41,812 bases of DNA, taken from a bacterium (GTDB taxonomy: Bacteria > JADJOY01). The stretch covers positions 1-41,812 of the forward strand of contig JAXLQJ010000060.1 in assembly GCA_046331705.1 (NCBI GenBank). Reading direction: 5' to 3'. The translations under genes and the position numbers were made by a program. The notes below the pieces were generated by a model, which was given only the letters and a program-made list of their open reading frames with translations, had not been told where the DNA came from and did no database searches. Numbering within the stretch: position 1 is the stretch's first letter; every line of letters starts with the position of its first letter. This document shows, piece after piece, positions 1 through 9,640 of this stretch.

Positions 1-219
1 TAGCTCCGGCTCGTACAGGAGCCACCAACCGCCCGGCCCGACGCGACCGCGGCCGAACCCGATCTCGAGATTCGCGCTCAACACCGAAGCCGCGCGCTGG
101 TGCTCGATCGTCGGCCGCGGCAGCACGATCAGCTCCCCATCGACGATCTGCGCCAACATCGTGTCGGGCACCCGACACAGATCCTCGTAGGTCGCCGCTC
201 GCCGCGACGGATCGCTCAT
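1..219 (-). CDS. Uma2 family (PD-(D/E)xK-like) endonuclease, N-terminal part, runs off the window start
   Basis: Not in the ORF track; hand translation from ATG at 219 gives MSDPSRRAATYEDLCRVPDTMLAQIVDGELIVLPRPTIEHQRAAS...GPGGWWLLYEPEL, the typical Uma2 N-terminus (ATYEDL, I-DGEL, PRP, H, GGWW..EPEL). Confidence 0.85.
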   Translation of the reverse strand, partial: MSDPSRRAATYEDLCRVPDTMLAQIVDGELIVLPRPTIEHQRAASVLSANLEIGFGRGRVGPGGWWLLYEPEL

Positions 220-301
220 GGCCCGTCGAGGCTACCACGGGGCATCTCATGCGCGACGCCACATCGTTGCGTCGCGGTCTCCGGCTCGGTATGACGGACT
301 G

Positions 302-800
302 ATGTCGACCGGAACCGCGACTCGTCGGCTCGCGTGAGCGGTCTTGCTCGCCTTCGCTACGACTGCCTGCAACGACCCCACCTTTGAACATGTCGTCGCC
401 GCCGAGGGCTACCAAACGGCGAGCGCGATCCGACAGCGAATGGATCATGGCTACGTGCTGGTCGGGACCACGCGTGCCAACGACAGCGTCCCAACGGACG
501 CGCATCTTGCAGCCTTGGATTTCCAGGGGAACGATCTGTGGCAGCGATCGCTTGGCGAGCTCGGTTCTGCGACGCTGACCACCATCGAACCTGCCGTGGG
601 CGGCGGATTCGTCGTCGCGGGCGGGCGAGTGAACCAGGCCAACGGCAACGTCGACGCGTGGTTGCTCGCGATCGACGACGCGGGCACGGAGCGCTGGAGC
701 CAGACTGTGCCCGGCGGCGGCCCACACAGGAACGCCCGATCCATCGAACAGCAGCGGGCGTTGAACGACGTGTGGCAAACCTACGACGGCGGCTACGCGG
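302..800 (+). pseudogene. Degraded lipoprotein with beta-propeller-type repeats
   Basis: ATG 302 reads MSTGTATRRLA*AVLLAFATTAC, with an in-frame TGA at 335-337 inside a lipoprotein-like signal. Two repeats follow (DHGYVLVG...LDFQGNDLWQRS; GGGFVVAG...IDDAGTERWSQT) and a third breaks off after QTYDGGY near 795. Confidence 0.6.
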
Positions 801-977
801 CACCCGACGCCACCCTTGCGAGTCGCGTGCGAATCACGTCCGCCCCTCGACCGAGGCGAGCGGGGATGTTGCTTCGCACGCGAAGGCCGACTACGACGTG
901 GCGCGCGAGAAGCATCGATGCGAGGCGCGAGCTCCGATCTGCGCCACGGCCGCTCTTCCTGCCGACGGAGGCCGAGA

Positions 978-2081
978 ATGACCGCGATTCGATGGACCAT
1001 CCTGCTGGCGATCGCTGCACTCGCCACCGCCTCTGCCTGCAGCAGCGGCGGTGGTGGTGATCCTGCGGCTTCGTTCCAGGATGTCTACGATCTGGGGATC
1101 GATCAGTACCTCGGCACGGTGGAGCCCACGGGGACGCAGTCCGAGGGTGACTTCGTCTCGTACGATTTCGATCCGGCGGATGGCCCCGAGTGCATGGATG
1201 GGTCGCGGTTTCGGCCGGACTTCCGGCACACCGAGTCCGAGAACCTGATGATCTTCTTCCCGGGCGGTGGTGCCTGCTGGTCCGATCTGTGCGCGGCGTC
1301 GTTCTTCACGATTCCCGGTCCGCTCGCGGCGGCGGCCACTCAGCTCTTGAACGTCCCCGTGGACGGCACGCCGCTCGGCTCGTGGAATCTGGCGAGCCTC
1401 TCCTACTGCGACGGCTCACTCTTCTCGGGCGACGCCGACCACGACGACGACGGCGACGGCACCGTCGACCGCTTCCAGCGGGGCTTGCGCAACATGTCGG
1501 CGGGCCTCGACGCGGCGAAGCGAGAGTTCCCGAACCCGCGGCGCATCGTGATCGCGGGCGCCAGTGGCGGCGGCTACTCGACGATCATCGCGCCCTTCCT
1601 GGTGCGACGCGTGTGGCCGGATGCTCCCATCGACGTGATCAACGACGCCGGTGTGGGGCTCGCCAAGCCCAACGACCCGAGCTTCGTGCGCGGGCTCTTG
1701 GACGAGTTCAACATCACCCGCTTCATCCCCGAGAGCTGTGTCGACTGCACGGGCAACGGCCACGTCACGCGCTTCATCGATTGGCAGCTGGCCCACGACC
1801 GCAACCTGCGCATCGCGGCGATCTCGTCCCTTCAGGACTTCGTGATCGGCACGGTCTTCCTGCACATTCCCCCGCAGGATTTCCAGGCCGCACTCACGTC
1901 GGAGACGGCGACCCTCGCCGACCGCTACCCGGGACGTTACGAGCGGTTCCTCTACCCGGGGGTCGGCCACACGGTGATCTACGTGGGTCTCGACTCGGTG
2001 ACCGTCCAGGGCACGAACGTGGCGACGTGGCTCCAAGCGATGCTGGAGCACGGCGACTGGGACTCGATCGTCGCGGAATGA
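978..2081 (+). CDS. Pectin acetylesterase-family (Notum-like) hydrolase, lipoprotein
   Basis: ATG 978 with GGAG at 967-970; signal ending ASA-C; motifs CMDGS, FFPGGGACW, YCDGSLFSG, GASGGG nucleophile, INDAG. Confidence 0.85.
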   Translation: MTAIRWTILLAIAALATASACSSGGGGDPAASFQDVYDLGIDQYLGTVEPTGTQSEGDFVSYDFDPADGPECMDGSRFRPDFRHTESENLMIFFPGGGACWSDLCAASFFTIPGPLAAAATQLLNVPVDGTPLGSWNLASLSYCDGSLFSGDADHDDDGDGTVDRFQRGLRNMSAGLDAAKREFPNPRRIVIAGASGGGYSTIIAPFLVRRVWPDAPIDVINDAGVGLAKPNDPSFVRGLLDEFNITRFIPESCVDCTGNGHVTRFIDWQLAHDRNLRIAAISSLQDFVIGTVFLHIPPQDFQAALTSETATLADRYPGRYERFLYPGVGHTVIYVGLDSVTVQGTNVATWLQAMLEHGDWDSIVAE

Positions 2082-2137
2082 CGCGAGCTTCACTGCCGCC
2101 CAGCGCCCGACGGCACCACGGCCGACCGTTCTGCTTC

Positions 2138-2262
2138 TCGGTCTCCACGCGCGCCGCCGCTCGCTCCGCGAGCCGAAGGCGAGCCGCGAGCGCAGCGAAG
2201 CGACTCGGGGGTGGGCACCGTCGCGGCCTTGCCGCGACGGGCGGGGGGCTCTCGAGCCCCCC
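2138..2262 (+). repeat. Solo diverged copy of the structured repeat arrayed at 14747-15906
   Basis: Shares TCGGTCTCCACGCGCG, CCGCGAGCC, GGCGAGCCGCGAGCG, AGCGAAGCG and GGGGGTGGG, plus both 3' hairpins, in the same order as the array unit; lies between convergent genes. Confidence 0.85.
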
Positions 2263-2270
2263 GAGCAACA

Positions 2271-2744
2271 TCACGAAGGCGGGGTCGCCCCCGGCGACAT
2301 CGTCTTGCCGCCGTCGCGCTGCCAGTGGCCGAAGCCGCCCACCAGGCTCCACACCTTGTCGTAGCCCTTGCCACGCATGAACAGCGCGGCGTTCGTCGAG
2401 CGCCCACCGGACGCGCAATAGAGCACGATCTCGTCGCTGGGCTGGAACTCGGTGAAGCGCGTGTCGATCTGTCCCGAAGGCACGTGGACGGCGCCCTCGA
2501 TCATGCCGCCGGCGAGCTCCGCGGCCTCGCGGACGTCGACGAAGACCAGCGCCTTCCCTTCCTTCTGGCGCTCGAAAATGGTCTCGGGATCGATCTGCAC
2601 GTCCATGGGACCGACCCGCGGGCCCGCGGGCTCGGTCGGCCGCGGCGGAGCGCTCGGGATGGCAGACGCCTTCGGCGCCGCAACGAAGTTCTTGTAGATC
2701 CACCACGCAACTCCTACCGCCAGCAACAGCCACACGATCTTCAT
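2271..2744 (-). CDS. Membrane-anchored rhodanese-like domain protein
   Basis: N-terminal hydrophobic helix, Pro-rich linker, VDVRE, GMIEGAVHVP, active-site loop YCASGGRS, SLVGGFGHW. Confidence 0.9.
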   Translation of the reverse strand: MKIVWLLLAVGVAWWIYKNFVAAPKASAIPSAPPRPTEPAGPRVGPMDVQIDPETIFERQKEGKALVFVDVREAAELAGGMIEGAVHVPSGQIDTRFTEFQPSDEIVLYCASGGRSTNAALFMRGKGYDKVWSLVGGFGHWQRDGGKTMSPGATPPS

Positions 2745-2844
2745 CGTCGATTCTCCGGTTACGAGGCGGCCTCAACCTAACGTCAAATCTGCCGTAGGGT
2801 TGTGCTAGGCCATACGAGCCCAACCCACCGAGGGGGATCCGTCC

Positions 2845-5199
2845 ATGACCGAAGCCGAGCTTGCCCAGATCGATGCGTACTGGCGTGCTGCGAACTACCT
2901 CTCGGTGGGTCAGATCTATCTGCTCGACAATCCGCTGCTCCGAGAGCCTCTCAGGCTCGAGCACGTGAAGCCGCGGCTGCTCGGCCACTGGGGCACGACA
3001 CCCGGCCTCAACTTCCTCTACGCGCATCTCAATCGCGTCATTCGCGCCCGCGATCTCGACGTGGTGTTCATCGCCGGGCCTGGCCACGGCGGACCCGCGG
3101 CGGTCGCCAACACCTATCTCGAAGGCACGTACAGCGAGGTCTACCCAAACGTCGCCCAGGACGTGGAAGGGATGAAGCTGCTCTTCAAGCAGTTCTCGTT
3201 CCCGGGCGGCATCCCCAGCCACGTGGCACCGGAGACACCCGGCTCCATCCACGAGGGCGGCGAGCTCGGCTACTCGCTCTCGCATGCGTTCGGCGCCGCG
3301 TTCGACAATCCGAACCTGCTGGTGGCGTGCGTGATCGGGGATGGTGAGGCCGAGACCGGCCCGCTCGCGACCGCCTGGCACTCGAACAAGTTCCTGAACC
3401 CGATCCACGACGGCGCCGTGCTGCCGATTCTGCACCTCAACGGCTACAAGATCGCCAACCCCACGGTGCTGGCCCGCATCCCGCGCGACGAGCTCGCGAG
3501 TCTGCTCACCGGCTACGGCTGGAAGCCCCATTTCGTCGAGGGCTCGGACCCGATGACGATGCACCGCGCGATGGCGGCGACCTTCGATGCGATGCTCGAC
3601 GAGATCGCGTCGATCCAGCGCACCGCGCGCGCCACGGGCGTGGCCGAGCGCCCCCGCTGGCCGGCACTGGTGCTCGCCACGCCCAAGGGTTGGACTGGCC
3701 CCGCGGAGGTGGACGGCAAGAAAGCCGAGGGCTCGTGGCGATCGCACCAGGTGCCGTTCTCCGAGATCGCCGGCAAGCCCGAGCATCTCACGCTGCTCGA
3801 GCGCTGGATGAAGAGCTACGCGCCCGACGAGCTCTTCGACGCGAGCGGTCGCCTGCGCGCCGACCTCGCCGCGCTCGCCCCGGTGGGAACCAAGCGCATG
3901 GGCGCGGTGCCGCACGCCAACGGCGGGCTCTTGCGCAAGGACCTGCGCATGCCGGATTTCCGCGACTACGCCGTCGCGGTGCCGCGTCCCGGCGCGGTCG
4001 AGTCGGAAGCCACCCGCAGCCTGGGTGCCTTGCTGCGCGACGTGATCCGCCTCAACCCCACCAACTTCCGCGTCTTCGGGCCCGACGAGACCGCGTCCAA
4101 CAGGCTCGGCGCGGTGTTCGAGGTGACTCAACGCACGTGGCTCGCCGATCGGCTCCCCGAGGACGATCAGGGCGGCGAGCTGTCACCCGACGGCCGCGTG
4201 ATGGAGATCCTGAGCGAGCACACCTGTCTCGGTTGGCTCGAAGGCTACGTCCTCACCGGCCGTCACGGGCTCTTCTCGACCTACGAGGCCTTCGCCCACA
4301 TCATCGACTCGATGTTCAACCAGCACGCCAAGTGGCTGCACGTCACCAAGAAGCACATCCCGTGGCGCGCGCCGATCGCTTCGGTGAACATCCTCTTGAG
4401 CTCGCACGTGTGGCGTCAGGACCACAATGGGTTCTCGCACCAGGACCCAGGCTTCATCGACCACGTCGTCAACAAGAAGGCCGACGTCATCCGCGTGTAC
4501 CTGCCGCCCGACACCAACACGCTGCTGGTGGTCGCGGATCGCTGCCTGCGCAGCCACGACTTCGTGAACGTGATCGTGGCCGGTAAGCAGCCGGCGCTCC
4601 AGTGGCTCGACATGGACGCGGCCATCAAGCATTGCGCCGCGGGGATCGGGATCTGGGACTGGGCGAGCAACGACGCAGGAGGCGAACCCGACGTGGTGCT
4701 CGCCTGCGCCGGCGACGTGCCCACGCTCGAGACGCTGGCGGCGGTGGACTTGCTCCGGCAGCACCTGCCCGAGCTCAAGATCCGCGTGGTCAACGTCGTG
4801 GACCTGATGACGCTGCAGCCGCGCGAGGAGCACCCGCACGGGCTCTCGAACGCCGACTTCGACACCATCTTCACCACCGACAAACCCATCATCTTCGCGT
4901 ACCACGGCTATCCATGGCTGATTCACCGTCTCACCTATCGGCGCACCAACCACAAGAACCTGCACGTGCGCGGCTACAAGGAAGAAGGCACCACCACCAC
5001 GCCCTTCGACATGGTGGTGCGCAACGACCTCGACCGCTTCCACCTGGTCGCCGACGTGATCGACCGAGTGCCCAAGCTGGGTTCGATCGCGGCCTACGCG
5101 AAACAGGCCATCCGCGACCGGCTGACCGAGCACCGCGAGCACATCGCCCGGGTCGGCGACGACCTTCCTTCGGTCAAGGGCTGGCGCTGGCCGGAGTGA
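2845..5199 (+). CDS. xfp: Xylulose-5-phosphate/fructose-6-phosphate phosphoketolase
   Basis: [32 protein letters not shown], ThDP motif GDGEAETG...[36 protein letters not shown]. Confidence 0.97.
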   Translation: MTEAELAQIDAYWRAANYLSVGQIYLLDNPLLREPLRLEHVKPRLLGHWGTTPGLNFLYAHLNRVIRARDLDVVFIAGPGHGGPAAVANTYLEGTYSEVYPNVAQDVEGMKLLFKQFSFPGGIPSHVAPETPGSIHEGGELGYSLSHAFGAAFDNPNLLVACVIGDGEAETGPLATAWHSNKFLNPIHDGAVLPILHLNGYKIANPTVLARIPRDELASLLTGYGWKPHFVEGSDPMTMHRAMAATFDAMLDEIASIQRTARATGVAERPRWPALVLATPKGWTGPAEVDGKKAEGSWRSHQVPFSEIAGKPEHLTLLERWMKSYAPDELFDASGRLRADLAALAPVGTKRMGAVPHANGGLLRKDLRMPDFRDYAVAVPRPGAVESEATRSLGALLRDVIRLNPTNFRVFGPDETASNRLGAVFEVTQRTWLADRLPEDDQGGELSPDGRVMEILSEHTCLGWLEGYVLTGRHGLFSTYEAFAHIIDSMFNQHAKWLHVTKKHIPWRAPIASVNILLSSHVWRQDHNGFSHQDPGFIDHVVNKKADVIRVYLPPDTNTLLVVADRCLRSHDFVNVIVAGKQPALQWLDMDAAIKHCAAGIGIWDWASNDAGGEPDVVLACAGDVPTLETLAAVDLLRQHLPELKIRVVNVVDLMTLQPREEHPHGLSNADFDTIFTTDKPIIFAYHGYPWLIHRLTYRRTNHKNLHVRGYKEEGTTTTPFDMVVRNDLDRFHLVADVIDRVPKLGSIAAYAKQAIRDRLTEHREHIARVGDDLPSVKGWRWPE

Positions 5200-5254
5200 G
5201 GCGCGGGAACGGGGTTCGAGGCTCGCGCACGGTGAACCGAAACGCGGGCGGCAC

Positions 5255-5764
5255 ATGAGGATCGTGCTCTTTCGTCATGGCATCGCGCACGCGCGCGGCG
5301 CACCCGATTGCCCGCCGGATCCGGAGCGAGCGCTCACCCTCAAGGGCATCGAGCGCACGACGCTCGCGGCGCGCGGTCTCAACGCGCTCGGCGTCGAGCC
5401 GGCGCTGATCCTGACCAGCCCGTACACCCGCGCCCTGCAGACCGCGCGCATCGCCGCCCACGAGCTCGGCGTGCGGCTCGACCACCTGCACGAGTGCGAA
5501 GCGCTGCTGCCCGACGCCGAGCCCAAGGCGCTCTTCACCTTGCTCGCGCGCGAGAAGGCCGGCGAGATCCTGTGCGTCGGCCATGCGCCGAATCTCGACC
5601 GCGTGCTGGCGCACGCCGTCGCGGCCGGCGGCGCCCCCTTCACCGAGATCAAGAAGGCGGGCGCGGCGCGCGTCGAGCTCTTCGTCCCGGGTCACGCGGG
5701 CGGGACGCTCGTGTGGCTGCTCGGATCCAAGACCCTGCGATCGCTGGCGTCGAAGGATCCCTGA
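5255..5764 (+). CDS. sixA: Phosphohistidine phosphatase SixA family
   Basis: RHG motif at the N-terminus, R.LT.KG, TSPYTRALQTA, VGHAP; 169 aa. Confidence 0.85.
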   Translation: MRIVLFRHGIAHARGAPDCPPDPERALTLKGIERTTLAARGLNALGVEPALILTSPYTRALQTARIAAHELGVRLDHLHECEALLPDAEPKALFTLLAREKAGEILCVGHAPNLDRVLAHAVAAGGAPFTEIKKAGAARVELFVPGHAGGTLVWLLGSKTLRSLASKDP

Positions 5765-5779
5765 TCCGCCGCGAGGCGA

Positions 5780-6217
5780 TCAGCGCGGCGCGCGTGGCAA
5801 CACCGCCACGGTGGCGGTGAGCTTCGCGACCAGCTCACGCGCGCCCGCGCCCACCGAATAGACCGACGACTCGACCACGCTGAAGCGCCTGCCCGGCTTC
5901 AGCACCTCCGCCCGGCACGCGAGCGGCGCGCACGGCGCCGCGCGCAGCAAGTGAATCTGGAACTCGACCGTGAGCACGAGCTCGTCCGCGCCGACCAGCG
6001 TCGCCGCGGACGCGCCGGCGGTGTGATCCGCCAACGTGGAGTGCACGCCGGCGTGCACGACGCCGTCCTGCTGGAGGTGTCGGGCTTCGACCGCGAGCCG
6101 CGTCTCGCACCAGCCCGGGCCCACGTCCACGAGCTCGATGCCCAGCTCGCGCACGAAGCCCGCGCGCTCGAAGACCTGCTGCACGAGACTCCGGTAATCG
6201 GCGTTGCGAACGTCCAC
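5780..6217 (-). CDS. PaaI family hotdog-fold thioesterase
   Basis: F..ELGI, HLQQDGVVHAGV..TLAD, LTVEFQIHLLR, AEVLKPGRR. Confidence 0.9.
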   Translation of the reverse strand: MDVRNADYRSLVQQVFERAGFVRELGIELVDVGPGWCETRLAVEARHLQQDGVVHAGVHSTLADHTAGASAATLVGADELVLTVEFQIHLLRAAPCAPLACRAEVLKPGRRFSVVESSVYSVGAGARELVAKLTATVAVLPRAPR

Positions 6218-6273
6218 GGGCGCTCCTCGCCGGCCCGTCCGCGCGCGAGCCGGCAGCGCGAGAATAGCGCGCC

Positions 6274-6326
6274 TCGACGTTCGTCCCGAGCCCGATTACG
6301 ATATGACCGACTAGTCAGTCATATCG
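6274..6326 (+). promoter_or_regulatory. Sigma70-like promoter overlapped by a 28-bp palindromic, probably TetR, operator
   Basis: TCGACG(6274-6279)-N17-TACGAT(6297-6302); palindrome CGATATGACCGACT/AGTCAGTCATATCG at 6299-6326 with 13 of 14 pairs. Confidence 0.7.
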
Positions 6327-6336
6327 AGAGGTCCTC

Positions 6337-7245
6337 ATGCGCCGACGCCGAGCCCACCGAGCCCCTTCGACGATCCCGCTGCTCGCGCTCGCCGCCGCGT
6401 GCTCGGCGGCCGCGCCGGCGGCGCCGCCCCCGGCCGATCCGCTCGGCCAGGGTGCGCGAACCGTCGCGACGCGCCTCGGCCCCGTGGTGGTCCACGAAGC
6501 CGGCGCGGGAGCACCGCTGGTGCTGCTGCATGCCATCGGGCACGATCACCGCGACTTCGACGCGATCGTGCCGCGCCTCGCCGCGCGCCATCGGCTGCTC
6601 GCGGTCGACTGGCCCGGGCACGGCGATTCGCCGATGCCCGCGGCACCCGAATCGGTGCGCGCCACCGACTTCGCGGACGCGCTCGAGGATCTGGTGGCGG
6701 AGCTCGGGCTCGAGAACGCGGCCTACCTCGGGAACTCGGTGGGCGGATTCGCCGCGGCACGCCTCGCCGCACGCGCGCCACACCGCGTGGCGACGCTGGT
6801 CTTGGTCGATCCAGGCGGATTCGGCGAGCTCGGCTGGATCGATCGCGCGTTCTGCCGCGTGAAGGGAACCGAGACGGTGACGCGCTGGGTGTGGAACGCG
6901 TTCCCCGAGCACTACCTCCGGATCCGCAACGACCCGGTGCGCCAGATCCTGGATCGGGTCCGGACCGCCGAGTCGCCTGCCGCCGTTCGTCTGCACGCCG
7001 CGGTGTGGCGAAGCTTCCTCGATCCGGCCCACGACCTGCGCGCCGAGGCGCCCTCCATCCGCGCCCGCACCCTCGTCGCGTGGGGAGAAGGGGACCCCGT
7101 GCTGCGGGTGCGCGACGGCGAGCGCGCTGCCGAGCTCGTCCCCGGCGCGCGACTGGTGCGCTTCCCCACCGGCCACATGCCGTTCGCCGAGGCGCCAGCA
7201 GCTTTCCTCGCCGCGCTCGAGCCGTTCCTCGCGGGGGCACCGTGA
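6337..7245 (+). CDS. Alpha/beta fold hydrolase, probable lipoprotein
   Basis: LAAAC lipobox-like signal, LVLLHAIG, DWPGHGDS, GNSVGG nucleophile, WGEGD, GHMPF. Confidence 0.9.
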   Translation: MRRRRAHRAPSTIPLLALAAACSAAAPAAPPPADPLGQGARTVATRLGPVVVHEAGAGAPLVLLHAIGHDHRDFDAIVPRLAARHRLLAVDWPGHGDSPMPAAPESVRATDFADALEDLVAELGLENAAYLGNSVGGFAAARLAARAPHRVATLVLVDPGGFGELGWIDRAFCRVKGTETVTRWVWNAFPEHYLRIRNDPVRQILDRVRTAESPAAVRLHAAVWRSFLDPAHDLRAEAPSIRARTLVAWGEGDPVLRVRDGERAAELVPGARLVRFPTGHMPFAEAPAAFLAALEPFLAGAP

Positions 7246-7802
7246 GCGAGCCTCGGGGTGAGCGCACGCGGCGGGCGCTGGTCGACGCCGCACTCGATCT
7301 CTTCGCGCGTTTCGGGCTCGCGGCCGTCACGGTGGACGCCGTGGTGGGCGCTGCCGGTGTCGCCAAGGGCACCTTCTACGTCCACTTCCGCGACCGAGAC
7401 GCGTTCTTGTGCGAGATCCACCGCGAGTTCCACGACCGCCTGGAGGCGAAGGTCGCGCGTCGCGGCGCCGAGCGCGAGGCGGGTATCGATCGCCTGTGGC
7501 TCGGGATCGTCGCCTACCTCGACGGGTGCCTGGCCGAACGGGCGTGCAAGGCGCTGCTCTTCGACGCCCGCTCGGAGAGCTCGCTCGGCGAGGAGGTCGT
7601 GCGGCGCAACGAGAAGACGAGCGAGGCGGTGGCGCGCGAGCTGCGCGCCGCTCGCCATCCTTCGCCGCGCCCCACGGCGCGCTTGGTGGTCGCCATGACT
7701 GCCGAGGTGGCCTTCCAGGAGATGCGGCGCGGCGGCAAGCAGACGGGGCTGCGCAACGCCCTGCGCGCGATGCTACGCGACCTCGGCGGACATGCGGAAT
7801 GA
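7242..7802 (+). CDS. TetR/AcrR family transcriptional regulator
   Basis: GTG 7242 overlaps the hydrolase stop (GTGA); HTH TRRALVDAALDLF...TVDAVVGAAGVAKGTFYVHFRDR. Confidence 0.92.
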   Translation: MSEPRGERTRRALVDAALDLFARFGLAAVTVDAVVGAAGVAKGTFYVHFRDRDAFLCEIHREFHDRLEAKVARRGAEREAGIDRLWLGIVAYLDGCLAERACKALLFDARSESSLGEEVVRRNEKTSEAVARELRAARHPSPRPTARLVVAMTAEVAFQEMRRGGKQTGLRNALRAMLRDLGGHAE

Positions 7803-7831
7803 TTGCATAGATTTTGTATAGATATTATCCT
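7793..7831 (+). promoter_or_regulatory. Sigma70-like promoter with 11-bp-phased direct repeats (CarH/LitR-like operator candidate)
   Basis: AT-rich island; TTGCAT(7803-7808)-N17-TATCCT(7826-7831); TGCGGA 7793, TGCATA 7804 and TGTATA 7815 are exactly 11 bp apart. Confidence 0.6.
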
Positions 7832-7847
7832 GGCGGTCGTGACGGCC

Positions 7848-8618
7848 ATGGGTCTCGCGATCGTGTTCGGATGGTTCGCCGCGGCGCTCGGCTTCGCGGT
7901 GGCGTGGGTGCGCCAGCGCAAGACCTGCGACGCGAGCAGCGTGGACGCGTGCTGGACGGTCGCGATCGCGCTCTTGGTGGTGGCCTACGCGGTGACGCTG
8001 CCCGGCGCGCCCGCGCGACGGGCGCTGGTGGCGATCCTCACGACGATCTGGTCGGCGCGGCTCGCGGCTCATCTGCTTCGCGATCGCGTCCTCTCGCACG
8101 TGGGCGAGGACGGTCGCTACCTGCGACTTCGGCGAGCGTGGGGCGCGAACGCGCAGCCGCGGTTCTTCGTCCTCTACCAGGTCCAAGCGGCGCTGGCGGT
8201 GCTCTTCTCGCTGCCGCCGCTCGCGGCGATGGGGCCCGAGCCCCTCGACGGCTGGGCGTGGACGGGCCTGGCGGTGGCCCTGGTCGCCGTCGCCGGCGAG
8301 AGCGTCGCCGACGGACAGCTCCGCCGGTTCCGCCGCGATTCCGCTCACGCGGGCACGACCTGCCGCGTGGGGCTCTGGCGCTACTCACGGCACCCCAACT
8401 ACTTCTTCGAATGGATTCATTGGTGGAGCTACGTGCTGGTGGGACGCGGCGCACCGCTCACCTGGCTGGGCCCGATCGTGATGCTGGCCTTCCTCTACCG
8501 GGTCACCGGGATCCCGCACACCGAGGCGCAGGCGCTGCTGAGTCGCGGCGACGACTACCGCGAGTACCAGCGCACCACTTCGGCGTTCGTTCCGTGGTTT
8601 CCACGCCGCGCGGGCTGA
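7848..8618 (+). CDS. DUF1295 / steroid 5-alpha-reductase-like membrane protein
   Basis: ASSVDACW, W..RLAAHL, EDGRY..LR, ESVADGQL..F, GLWRYSRHPNYFFEW, YQRTTSAFVPW. Start may be GTG 7839 or ATG 7848. Confidence 0.9.
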   Translation: MGLAIVFGWFAAALGFAVAWVRQRKTCDASSVDACWTVAIALLVVAYAVTLPGAPARRALVAILTTIWSARLAAHLLRDRVLSHVGEDGRYLRLRRAWGANAQPRFFVLYQVQAALAVLFSLPPLAAMGPEPLDGWAWTGLAVALVAVAGESVADGQLRRFRRDSAHAGTTCRVGLWRYSRHPNYFFEWIHWWSYVLVGRGAPLTWLGPIVMLAFLYRVTGIPHTEAQALLSRGDDYREYQRTTSAFVPWFPRRAG

Positions 8619-8623
8619 CGACC

Positions 8624-9640
8624 ATGATCGACTCGCTGCTCGTCGAGCTCGCGGAGCGAGCGCTGGTGCCAGACGCGGCCATTCGCTGGGGCGTTCGGCG
8701 CATCCTCGCCAGGCGCATCGCCGCCGAGGAGCGCCTGGACCGCCAAGAGGCCTTTCTCGCGGAACTGGACCGCAGCCCGGTCGCGCTCGTTCCCGACGAG
8801 GCCAATCGCCAGCACTACGAGGTGCCCGCGGAGCTCTTCGCGCTCATGCTCGGCCCCCAGCTCAAGTACAGCGCGTGCCTGTGGGAGTCGCCCCGCGCCA
8901 CCCTCGCGGAAGCCGAGGCCGCCATGCTCGACCTCACCTGCAAGCGCGCCGACATCCGCCACGGGCAGCGAATCCTGGACCTCGGCTGCGGCTGGGGAGC
9001 GCTGTCGCTGTGGATGGCGCTACGCGATCCGACGTGCAGCGTGGTGGCCGTCTCGCACTCGGAGAACCAGCGGCGCTTCATCGAGGCGCGGGCGCCGCAC
9101 AACCTGGCGGTGATCACCGCGGACGTGAACGAGCTCACCTTCGACCGTCCCTTCGAGCGCGTGGTGAGCGTCGAGATGTTCGAGCACCTCCGAAACCACG
9201 GCGAGCTGTTGCGCCGGATCGCGAGCTGGCTCGCGCCGGGGGGCAAGCTCTTCGTCCACCACTTCTGTCACCGCCGCCTCGCCTATCCCTACGAAACCCA
9301 CGGCGAAGACGACTGGATGGCGCGGAACTTCTTCACGGGCGGGATGATGCCCTCGGCCGAGTTGCTGCTGCGGCACCAGCAGCTGCTCGCCGTCGAGGAG
9401 CGCTGGCTCGTGAGCGGACTCCACTACGCGCGGACACTCGAGGCCTGGCTCGCGCGGCTCGATTCCAACGCGTCCGCGGCGTTGCCGATCCTGGCGCGTG
9501 CCTACGGCGCCGGAACCGAGCGGCGCTGGCTTCAGCGCTGGCGCATGTTCCTGCTCGCCTGCGCCGAGCTCTTCGCGGCGAACGGCGGCGAGGAATGGTT
9601 GGTGGCACACTATCGCTTCGAGAAGCGAGGCAACCGATGA
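8624..9640 (+). CDS. Cyclopropane-fatty-acyl-phospholipid synthase-like (cfa family) SAM methyltransferase
   Basis: ANRQHYEVP, LGPQLKYS, ILDLGCGWG, VSVEMFEH, FFTGGMMPS, HYARTLEAWL, GGEEW.V.HY. Confidence 0.9.
   Translation: MIDSLLVELAERALVPDAAIRWGVRRILARRIAAEERLDRQEAFLAELDRSPVALVPDEANRQHYEVPAELFALMLGPQLKYSACLWESPRATLAEAEAAMLDLTCKRADIRHGQRILDLGCGWGALSLWMALRDPTCSVVAVSHSENQRRFIEARAPHNLAVITADVNELTFDRPFERVVSVEMFEHLRNHGELLRRIASWLAPGGKLFVHHFCHRRLAYPYETHGEDDWMARNFFTGGMMPSAELLLRHQQLLAVEERWLVSGLHYARTLEAWLARLDSNASAALPILARAYGAGTERRWLQRWRMFLLACAELFAANGGEEWLVAHYRFEKRGNR

Noticed and set aside
1-219. Uma2 gene as part of a defence or restriction system
   Set aside because: Uma2 genes are commonly stand-alone; no methyltransferase or other defence gene is visible and the gene is truncated by the window edge.
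823-883. Integron attC site
   Set aside because: No RYYYAAC/GTTRRRY core ends, no integrase and no cassette-like gene array.
2755-2815. Divergent promoters or an FNR-type site between the rhodanese gene and xfp
   Set aside because: A TTGACG is present on the minus strand, but there is no well-spaced -10 and no convincing TTGAT-N4-ATCAA dyad.
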